64,000 nt of DNA. Origin: Klebsormidium nitens (taxonomy: Eukaryota; Plantae; Klebsormidiophyceae). The position numbers and the translations under genes were made by a program. How positions within the stretch are numbered: the stretch's first letter is position 1; each line of letters begins with the position of its first letter. Location of the stretch: the NCBI GenBank assembly GCA_000708835.1, contig DF237153.1, positions 31,227-95,226 on the forward strand, given 5' to 3'. Shown piece after piece: positions 54,701 to 64,000 of this stretch. The notes beneath the pieces are model-generated. The model was not told the DNA's origin and did not search any database. It saw nothing but the letters and a program-made list of their open reading frames with translations.

Positions 54701-55586
54701 ACCGCTTGGATGGAGTAACGGGAGCATTAATTCGCAGATTCGATCAGCCGTCCAGTTTTTTGCAAAAGTGTTTGGTTCTGGTTTCACGTGCATCACTCCC
54801 ACGGGGCTCGCCTTGAAAACAGCAGGGCACGATAAGGTGGCCAGTGCAACGCCAAGATGATTCATCTTATTTTATTTTAAGATGGACCCCTCATGACCCT
54901 TCCTATTTTCCCTCGGCAGAGCTGCGGCGGCCCGTGTTTGCGGCGCTCGTGCCCAAGAACAAAGACAAGCTCCTACGGGAACTGATCGACGAGGTGATGG
55001 GCGACCACAGGAGGCTGGTGAGCTCATGTTCCGTTCCGTTCCGTTCAGGCCCGTTCCGTTGGTGGCCGTTTGCGATGCTGCACGTGTTGTCGGATTTACC
55101 CGCTTCTGTCTTGTTGTACTTGTTTCTGGAGCGGGTAATTCAGTTTCCGCTTGGCGCCGTGACGTATCTTAGTTGACCGACTTCGAGATAGATCCCCCGT
55201 CTGAAGATATTTTCGAAGTGGCTTCTGACATCCGTTTCCGCTTGTTATCCAAGTTCGAGCGGGTCGCCTGTACAATGAGCCGCTAATGGTCTCTTGAGCG
55301 CGAAGTCCGACGTTGCTGAGGTTAAGGCAAACCTTTCAATTGTCATGCTGACCAATCTCAAAAGACCGCTGTTGGCAGCCGTTCCGAACATGTCCTCACC
55401 TTTCACGCTACTCGCTTGCATGATCATCGTGCAACACTTTCTGTGGACTGCCAAACGGGGGTTTGCTTGAACTCGAGTTATTGATCCACTAATACACTCC
55501 ACCAATACAAAGACATTTTTGTTCGACTGCAGGTCATTGAGGGCAGACAAAGACTGCGAGAACAGCAGGCGAAAGCCAATGGCTGA
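51759..55586 (+). CDS. DUF3783-family plastid-targeted protein, ~262 aa
   Basis: Exons 51759-52142, 53010-53093, 53538-53706, 54920-55017, 55533-55586, all in frame. Motifs DPAYGPAALLLFGF..EE...EIGGDFMKI, PRMCFISGLTGEELMMLVDAF and RPVFAALVPKNKDKLLRELIDEVMGDH match plant DUF3783 proteins as I recall them. Confidence 0.88.
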
Positions 55587-57657
55587 GACGCAGCCTACAC
55601 ACGATAGGTGCATCAAATTACATAGTACTATTTTTGACCGGGTCTAGGGCACGCTTGCATTCGCTAAAATCGAGTACGCTGCCTTCTACCGTGGCAGCAA
55701 AGAGACATATCTCGCATCGCCACCTCCGCTCGTAAAACACGTCGCCATTTTGATGCTAGAGCAGCTTCCAGAGAGCCAGTAACCTGGTCAATACGAGACC
55801 TTCGTCTAGACGTCGGATGGTCATGAGCAATATGACCCGAGCAACTCAATTCTGCATTCCTAGAATGTCGCGTCGCCGGACTATTCTGTGGCGGCCCGCT
55901 TTGAGACACATACATACAGATTCCAAGCTGGAGCTAAGCTAGAGCTTGTTGGCTTGATGTTTGTAACCGTCCTTTATCAAGTGAAGAAGGTTTTCTATGA
56001 AATGGCAACTCTTAAGTTGATGGTCAACACGCTCAATGATGCTCTTTTTCAAAACGCCGTAGCCACATGGGCCATAGGCTTCCATGGCATACAATTTTTC
56101 AATGAGTTTTGAACGCCTAGCTACCCGACCGAATCTGTCATGGCATGCAACGTTAGTTCAGTTCTAGCTTTGCCACAACCAGGCTATCCATGGACGTCTA
56201 TCGGCAACTTGAATACTGCGTCGTCAAGTCCAGGCTACGCGGGCTAGAAAATTGTTGGACTAGATCTAGTCCAACAATTCGAATTGCACTAAGTAGGCGG
56301 CGGGCGCGACGATCTCGGCAGGGATTTAGACCGCAGAATGGTAAAATGAACAGTTGAATGACCGCGCGGGCATCAAACACATGCAGCATGCCGGCCATAA
56401 ATACAACCCCTGCCCCGTACTTCAAAGCTTAGGGGATCTTTTCATGGAGGAGAACAATCATCGTCGTTTCAACCAGTGACGGTCGGACCCTGGCCAGAAG
56501 TCATATAAGTTGGAAAATACAACGATGTACGATGCTGCCACAATGTAACAACTCAAGTTACCCTTGAGTTGGTTACGTGCCGCGTGCTGAGATCCATAGC
56601 CCCGGATACGTACTCTATTTGAAACTCCTAACCGGCCGCCCAGACATTAGTGCACGCGCGTAGCTTCGCACCTGGCCCTAATATTAGGTACCGGCCCACC
56701 CTAACCCGGATTGATCTCCCCGGCCTGAGCTGCGGCCCGGCGGCAGATCAAACCCTCTTCCTCGGGCACTCACATGGCCGGCCGCATCAACATCCTCGGC
56801 TGGCACGGCCCCAGCAATATATGACGGTAGATTTCGCTTCTTAATTGGTTCCGTTCCCTAGCTAGCCATGATCAATCCGGGCCAACACGAGTTACAGAGG
56901 TGCTCTACAAGTTGAATCAAGCACTCTGGGCTGGTAGCGTCTGATCAGACGGTGCAGGATTGCCGGACCGACGTGCATGCTCGACAATAAGCGGCCAAGT
57001 TCAGTAAGTTGGTATGCAAAGGCAATGACTGATGTCTAAGCGTGTATTAAAAGAAGTGACCATGTCTCCAACTTAGCGCCGCAAAGGGAGGCTATCGTCG
57101 GAGGGCAAGAAATTGCATACGGCCTGTTCGATCGTGTATACGTTTTTGACAATTTACTGGCGAAGGTGAAAGTCTCGTTCGAAGTTGTCTCGAGAGACGC
57201 GGCCTACTGGCAAGAAGGAAAACTTTGTATAAAAAGGTTTTCAACTCGAACCAGATCAGCATCTTAGATCCGGCTCTCCTATCAGTCCTAGCAGCAGCAA
57301 GCGTCCCGCTATATTACGTTTGCCACATCGACGGTACAGGTTTGTGTCGCACGCAGCTCTTGACATAACTGTCGAGCTTCGCACCGGCGTCAAGTCTTTC
57401 AAACACCTGGCTTGCAAATAACCACACGGTTCGTTTGGCCTACGAATCTCGTCACGAAGTAGTCAGCATCTTCAGTACTAAACTCCAAACAGTATACTAT
57501 ACAAAGACCCAAAAGGAAAGACACCACTATGCGCCCCCGAAAACGGCTTTTTCAATCTCAACCCGCTTCTCTTGCGAGCCCCCCGGCTCCCAATACATAC
57601 TAACAGAACGCTCGGATAAAGGTCAGCTCCGTGCAGCACTCGCAAAGAACGTTGTCC

Positions 57658-60600
57658 TCACGGGAGATCACGCGATAGCCGACGTCGTACAACAGATGCA
57701 TCAGCATAGCGACGTCGGCAACGGTCTTCCGCCTCCCGCTCATGCACCAGTGCAACTCGAGTGACAGCTGGTAAGGCAACAGGTGGGCGCTCTCGGACCT
57801 CAGAAGGTCCTGGAAGACCTGGCAGAAACAAACGGTTGTAGATTAGTTTCTTGAACAGAGAGCGTGCTGGATTCGCAACTTCTGACCATTTGACGAAAGC
57901 ACCTTTTCCACCGTTGTTGCTTTCCGTGACGTCATAAATCTCGAAGCCGATCCGTTTGGGAACACGAGAACGAGGCGTGCAATATGAGCGCGTGCTCTCT
58001 TCGGTTCCAAGAGGAGAACAAGAGTGCTGTTGAGATAAATCGAGCATTTCCGTGTGTAGACCCTGAAGAGGAATGTTTACACCGCCCTTCTCTTCGATAC
58101 CAACCAGCTCAACAAACGTCTCAGCTGCTTGCACGAAAGATTACGAGCACCATTCTTGAGAGCGACGATGGCGGACAACGACGGTCTTCTCCTTATCTCG
58201 CAAGATCCAAAGATCACGATAAAGCAGAATCTACTTCCAGGTCTCCTCAAGTTCTTTCGTGGGACTTGCTCCTGACCAGCAATAACCAGCTCAGATCACA
58301 AACGGCTTCCCTCTTCACGGACCTGCCTCCTGCGAAACACATGCAATCGTGATGGGACGATGGTAACCCAATCAACTGGAGGCAAACGAAGGCAAAGAAA
58401 GGCACGAAACATCTTTGATTGTTTGACGGACTTACGTCCCATTCTCCGCCCTCGATATCCATCTTGAACAAGTTGGGCGGCGAGGTCTGCCCCAGCAGAG
58501 CCGCAACGTCCACGATCGACATAAACTCCAGTTCGCCCTTCGTTTCCTTTGCGGTGCCCAGGCAGATCTGGTGGAACGTGACGCGGTCGCTGATGTCATC
58601 GGGCACCCTGGGCTGGCGCACGGTGCAGTCGAACGTTTGGAGCTGCGCAAAGAAACAACCGTTTAGAAGGGATACTCGAGTCGACAGTGCGTTTGTTTGT
58701 GCAGCTCGGAATAATCGACACGGAAACGTACCACATGGTATTGAACGGAAGCGAAGCTGATGTATTGAGCTCAAACAGTAAAACAACACCGCTTGATCGA
58801 AAGGATTGCACTGACTGCAGGGTGAAGCTGTGCCAATCAAGCTTCTTAGATAATGGCACCCCCACTCGCTTGTGGATTGCTGCAACGAATTGGAGCAACA
58901 CAAGACGAGCTCGGGAAACCGCGCAGCACAATCGGCGCGTCATTCTCTGACCTCCCAAAACACTGATCTTTCCTCTTATCCTCTATTTCTACATCTACTC
59001 GTTTTGTATTTTCAAAATCCCACATTTTCACTTTCAGGATCTTTCAAACAAAGGGAATAAGAGAATGCGGACCCCATGATCCTGAAATCCCACAATCTCC
59101 CATTCCACACGATAATTCAAACAAAGGGAATAAGATAATGCGGACCCCATGATCCTGAAGCAGTAAGTCCACGTACATGGCACTTGGTTGTTTTTGCGAT
59201 GCTGTCCTCGAAGGAGAAGTCGTTGTTGCTGCCCAGAGAGAAGACGGTGCAGTCCGGTTGCGTGCCCATGATGCGGTCAATTCCGCACAGCAGCTTCCCG
59301 CCATCCCCACTGACCGCTTCCACGCCGCCCATCCTGTATCAACAAGAGATTCGTTTCTTAGTATGAATGATTTTGATCTGGAATCAGCTGAAGCTCAACT
59401 CACATCTGTTGCTGCTTAGGCATGATTGATGCAGTCTTCCAGCCTTCGCTGCTTAGTGCAGCCATCGTTTCCTTGGCCACTTCTTCCAGTACCATATCAG
59501 AAATTTTGAGCTGGATGGGAGCTTGATGTGACTTCTTGCAGATCTTGAAACGGTTTTTGGATACGTTCATCTCCTTGAAATGAGCTTGATGTGATAACAA
59601 TCTGCCCCCGTGATCAGTACTCGGCTGATTGGTCTCAACAAAAAAGGTGACAAAATGCTTTCTGTTGGTCAGACACTCTGATTGAAAGTTGTCCCACTGG
59701 AAGTTGAATCTGCAGATTTAAGACAAGTTGCACAGCTGCTTGTCACATGAGTTGAGAAAGGCTCCAATTATCTTGCGCCTTCCAGCTACAAAACACGGAA
59801 ATGCATGACCACCAATCAGCTCCTCACAATGCAGCACATCGGTATCGAAATCCAACAAGCGCTGGATTCTAGGAAACGCAAGTTAGGAGCTGGAAAGAGG
59901 TATCTACTGCAAACATTCATAGAGTAGAAAGCAATTGATACCACTGCCGCGGGTAGGGGCAGTATGTCTCCAGAGTTTCTTGTTCAGTCTTGATGCACTA
60001 TTGCACCAGGTTTATACTAGACACTGCAATTGCGCCTGATCATCCTGTAGCTTCCAAACAAACTTTCCTTTCCCAGCTTCGTTACAGCTTGAGGCAGCCT
60101 ACCTGGCAATGCAATCTACTAGCATAAAAAATTTCACCCATTGTAACCTCTATCATAAGCTGCAAGCTGCAAGGACAAAAGAAATCCCAGAAGGAGAAAT
60201 GTGGTGATGTAATCGGGCACATTTGGACAAGAGCCTCACCTCTCTATTTCCAAGCACTTGGCCTCCCACAGGTGCACGCTGTTGAACCTCTTGTGGCCCC
60301 CCGGCTCGTGGCTCTCGCGCAGCGAGATGGTGTTGTCCGTCAGATGGGGGATCCCCTCATACAGCTTGTCGTCGATCGCCAACAGATTCTTGCTCCACTC
60401 CAAAGCTGCCTCCTCAGCTCGCACAATCCCCTCATAGTCTCCAAACAGCTCAGGAATCATAAACGGGTTTGCCTTGCAGTAGTGGAGCCCGCCAGCTGTC
60501 GCTCCGGCCCCGTTCCAGTAGTTGTGGTGCGTCGTCATAATCCAAGAGGCGGAATACTGGCTGGGGCCTGACCCCTTGTTGAACAGCAGGAAGAGCGAGA

Positions 60601-60670
60601 CGATCGCGGCCACGCTCACCGCTGCGAGCGTGACCACCGACGACTTCCATTGCGCCGACTCCATTTTCAT
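57658..60670 (-). CDS. Type II membrane SAM-dependent methyltransferase, Methyltransf_22/METTL24-like, ~399 aa
   Basis: Exons 60670-60240, 59333-59177, 58642-58436, 58062-57658 (the last is less certain). N-terminal TM segment VVTLAAVSVAAIVSLFLLF. Motifs DGGKLLCG, CTVFSLGSNNDFSFE, QTFDCT, FHQICLG, LFKMDIEGGEW and PKRIGFEIY. Confidence 0.8.
59046..59161. repeat. Intronic duplication of ~42 nt with a 73-bp period
   Basis: aaacaaagggaataagaNaatgcggaccccatgatcctgaa occurs at ~59047 and ~59120. Confidence 0.9.
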
Positions 60671-62395
60671 GAGTGGCAAAGCCCCCGTATTTGCCTTCGT
60701 CTCTCAGTTTGTAAAGCAATGCAGCTGCTGCCCCTGAAGCACGGTGGCGTCTTGCGTTCCGTTGCCTCGCAACCAGGGGAAGAAGTGCGCCGCTTCTGGT
60801 GGTAGCTCACAAAAGAATTTGGGGGCGGTTGCTTTGCGAATTGGTGGCGACTCCGCTGCTTTTGCTACAACTCGAATGGCAATCCGGTTTCTTGGTGCTT
60901 TCTTTCTAATGCTGCTATTCTTTGTTCTTCTTTTCAACTTTCTATGTCAACTCAAAAAACCAACCTTCGTGATCAGCCGATTGTAAGGGCTCACAAGCCT
61001 TTTGTAAACAGTAGAACTACTAGTAAAGCTATCAATGTGTTTGTGTTCTTCAATGCAGCGGTGCAAGGATACTGCTTGTCTGCTTCAGTGCCTAGCAATG
61101 CACGCCTCCGGACAGTCCGGCCCATGCGCGGCGTTTCTTTGTACGCAAACAGAATGATCGATCACCAGCACGACGAGTATAGCGTAGGTACTCAAAAACA
61201 AAATGTACAACTTTGGGCCGGTCGTAGTCTGCCCTATCTGCGGAGATCGCATGAGTTGTAAGGACGTGTACCGACATTCCCATTCGCACCACCCTGGTGC
61301 CATTGATTTATTCGAACTCTGTCACAATTCGCACCAGCTTATGAGTACTTTTCGCAAGAGCCAATATAAGGCTGTTTAAGATTTAGGCCTGTTTTTGCTT
61401 GTCCACGTCAGGCTGAATCCAGATTTCTTTTGATTTCGCTTTATCGCACCAAGGCTCAAGGTTAATTTTGCTTTTTTCGCAACGCCCTAGAAACAAGAAG
61501 TGAATGGGAATGTCGCTACGGCTACTGAAGTAGGTAGCAGTACAAGTGGAATACGCAGTGGTCGGACCTCCCGCGTGACTTTCGCTGCTGCATGATCTGA
61601 CATGACTGCGACGACCAATTCCCCTGCCGGAATCAGTGATGTTCAAACTTCACCTCTGTCACGATCCAGAGTAGGCGCAGCCCGGTTGGTTTCGCAAACA
61701 GCCAGTGAACGCCCCCAGGAACCACCTTCATTCACCGGGCAATCTCGTTTCCTCTTTTTTCCCGTATCTGGTGACCGGTCACGTCCTCATGAAGATTTTG
61801 TAATGGTCGGCCCGGACAACCGAGTGGCGAGTTTTCTGTCCCGACGACAGCTCCTGAATCCGTACATCCGTACGCATGTCGTCAACGTTAGACTCGGCCT
61901 GTCCGGAGCCTTCGCACTGTAGTCGGGGCTATTTCCCGGTGCGGCTAGTCAATAAGTTAGTACCTACTATAGGCCCTATAGGGTACCGGTAGGACACGAC
62001 CGGCAGCCGGCACCGGTCAATGAATGCATCGATCAATCAATCCATGAATGCCATCAGATGTGCACACTGCCCACAACATTCATCGGAAGGGGGGACTCGG
62101 TTCACTCCCCGCCCCCGGGTGATTTACAGACAGGCCGACCGGTCGATATCAAGATTCAACTATAAGGTACAGTTCGCGACAAAATCGAACCTCCGTGTCG
62201 AACGCTGGGCCGCCGAGGCTCGAAGTCGGCTGCGGCCCCGTCACCCGGGCCCCAGTGCACGCCGCACGGTGTGCACTGTGCACTGAGCAGCCCAGCTGCC
62301 CAAAGGCCCAAAACGCCAAAACGATTCGGGCCTCGGAGGCTGAGTCGGCCGGTGCTCTTTCCGTAGAGCCGACACAGTTTAGGAATAGTAAGCTT

Positions 62396-62527
62396 TAGGA
62401 ATAGTAAGCTCACCAGCCTGGGACGGGTAGGGTTAGTTTGGGGGTTAGGGTGGGTACGGGTGCGGAGCGGAGCGGGTAGTTTTTATAGGTTAAGTTTTTA
62501 GTGTTTGGTTTGAGCTTACTATTCCTA
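62396..62527 (+). mobile_element. 132-bp MITE-like element with perfect 17-bp terminal inverted repeats
   Basis: taggaatagtaagctca (62396-62412) and tgagcttactattccta (62511-62527) enclose a G-rich, telomere-like core. Confidence 0.75.
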
Positions 62528-62776
62528 CGGCTTAGGGCAGCAATACATTGGCCGCAGTTCCGTTGAATTTTCGAACAATTCCAACTGAACTGCAGCTTAC
62601 ATTGCACAGTTGCTCTCTTGACCAGGAACTGCCGCAGTTATGTGGCCTATGCCCCCCGGCGGAGCAGACCTCCAGATCATATCTTCCGGGATCAACGGAA
62701 CTGCGAGCTAGAGATCCAAAGGACCTCGGTGGGGTCCTTTGGGAGTCATTTTACAGTTCCTTGGACGATCTTGGAT

Positions 62777-63614
62777 GGGATAGTAGCAATCCAGGCCGAT
62801 TGAAATCCAGGCCCGGAATCTCCGGGCAATCCAGGCCGTTCAGAGTTGGTGCTAGAATTTCCGGTTTGACGTGTGTTTGAAATTTTTGTCAGTGTCTGCT
62901 GAGCCGGCCTCCCGAGTCCCGGGCGCGGGCCGGACATCCGCACGCCTTCGCAAACCGAGTGCTTCGGGCAGACCTGCCGGGATGATGGCAAGGAGATGTT
63001 GAAACTGGATACGATGCCTGGCCTTGGAAAATAGGCTGCCCTATCTTGACAGCTTATGTAAGGATTTTGCGGCAGACTGTGACTGTTACTCGTACAGTTA
63101 CTGTACCGGTGATTGTAACCTGTTGAAGTTTAAACTCTGTGCCTTGTAGTTAACTTGTTAAGTTCAGCTGTGACAGTAAAGGTAACTGTAAGTGTAACTG
63201 TAACAGTAACAGTAACAGTAACAGTAACTGTAACTGTAACTGTAACTGTAACTGTAACTCTGTAACTGTGTACCCGTGACTGTGACTGTGACTGTAACCG
63301 TAACCGTAACCTTGGCCGTAATTTGTAACTGGGCTTGGCCGCAGCAAGACTTCATAAAACAAATGCATGGAAAACTGTCTGCTTATGACCATATAAAGCC
63401 GGCTTATAGCCGCAGGGTCAGGCGCCCAGTAAGATATTCTAGGCGACCGGTTGTACGGGCCCTCGCCCCCAAGGGGGCAGGGTAAAACCAGGCTGGAAAC
63501 ACTGTGACCAGTAACCAGGGGTGTCAGGGTGTTACCCGGTCAAAACTTTAAACGGCCTGGATCGTCCGGCCTGGATCGGCCTGGATTTAAATCGGCCTGG
63601 ATTGTGACTATCCC
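62777..63614. repeat. Inner inverted-repeat-bounded segment with atccaggcc subterminal repeats
   Basis: gggatagtagcaatccaggccgattgaaatccaggcc (62777-62813) matches the reverse complement of 63578-63614 at 34/37 nt. Further atccaggcc copies lie inward on both arms. Confidence 0.75.
63178..63312. repeat. Hexamer microsatellite (GTAACW/GTGACT/GTAACC)n
   Basis: gtaactgtaagtgtaactgtaacagtaacag...gtgactgtgactgtaaccgtaaccgtaacc. Confidence 0.95.
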
Positions 63615-64000
63615 CCGTAGCCACCGGTTTAACCTCCACGTAGGCATTCCGTACCCTAAAAAGTACAGACCGGCAGAATAGGTACGTACGGTTGAGCAAT
63701 TTGAAATTTGGCGTACCGCAGCACGTCGTGTAGGGGGGGGTCACGAGGTTTCAACTGCGGGGAAAACTGATCAATGTAACCCGCAGTTCCATTGGAAAGT
63801 CGAAAACTGCGACAGTTGAAAAATGTAGCGATTTCCAACAGAACTGCGCCAATGTATTGCTGCCCTTACTATTCCTAAACTGTGCCGTCATCTTTCCGTA
63901 CCAGGTACGGTACCTTGTAGGCTTGTACGGAAAGGGATACGTAGATCATAGTACGGTACCGGCCGGTAAAAGTTGGAACCGTCCGCGTTTACGTACTATC

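Larger units (their letters stand above)
62366..63890. mobile_element. Non-autonomous element with long TIRs, possibly Mutator-like
   Basis: Perfect 20-bp IR cacagtttaggaatagtaag (62373-62392 / 63865-63884). It continues imperfectly inward (ggcagcaatacattgg..cgcagttc; ttttcga..ttccaa..gaactgc.g.ttacattg..cagtt) over ~62535-62610 versus ~63770-63864. The direct repeat tctttccgta flanks both ends (62356-62365, 63891-63900). No transposase ORF. Confidence 0.6.

Noticed and set aside
62425-62460. True telomere or chromosome end
   Set aside because: Only one or two degenerate TTAGGG units, embedded in a dispersed TIR element.
63150-63392. Poly-LQ, poly-VT and poly-YS ORFs
   Set aside because: They are translations of the hexamer microsatellite.

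Overview
Eukaryotic nuclear DNA that is intron-rich, with GC-rich exons and two N gaps. The gene content is streptophyte/plant-type; a Klebsormidium-like alga is my inference, not a checked assignment. I hand-spliced the genes from GT/GC-AG junctions and reading-frame continuity. In order: a partial Cys-rich gene at the left edge; an orphan exon inside a ~120-bp hairpin satellite; a split F-box/LRR gene; a USP-like/kinase/U-box gene; OS9 lectin; a paralogous USP-like/kinase gene that has lost its U-box; plastid SCY2 (SecY2); plastid M17 leucyl aminopeptidase; an unknown multi-exon gene; a DUF3783 plastid protein; a METTL24/Methyltransf_22-like membrane methyltransferase; and a nested inverted-repeat element. 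No rRNA, tRNA or CRISPR array was recognised. The most striking non-genic pattern is four separate introns in three genes that carry tandem copies of their own 3' splice site plus the start of the next exon. Also notable are a G-rich ~130-bp MITE-like family whose inverted copies bracket an in-frame pair of OS9 exons, and palindrome/RY-rich tracts between convergent genes.
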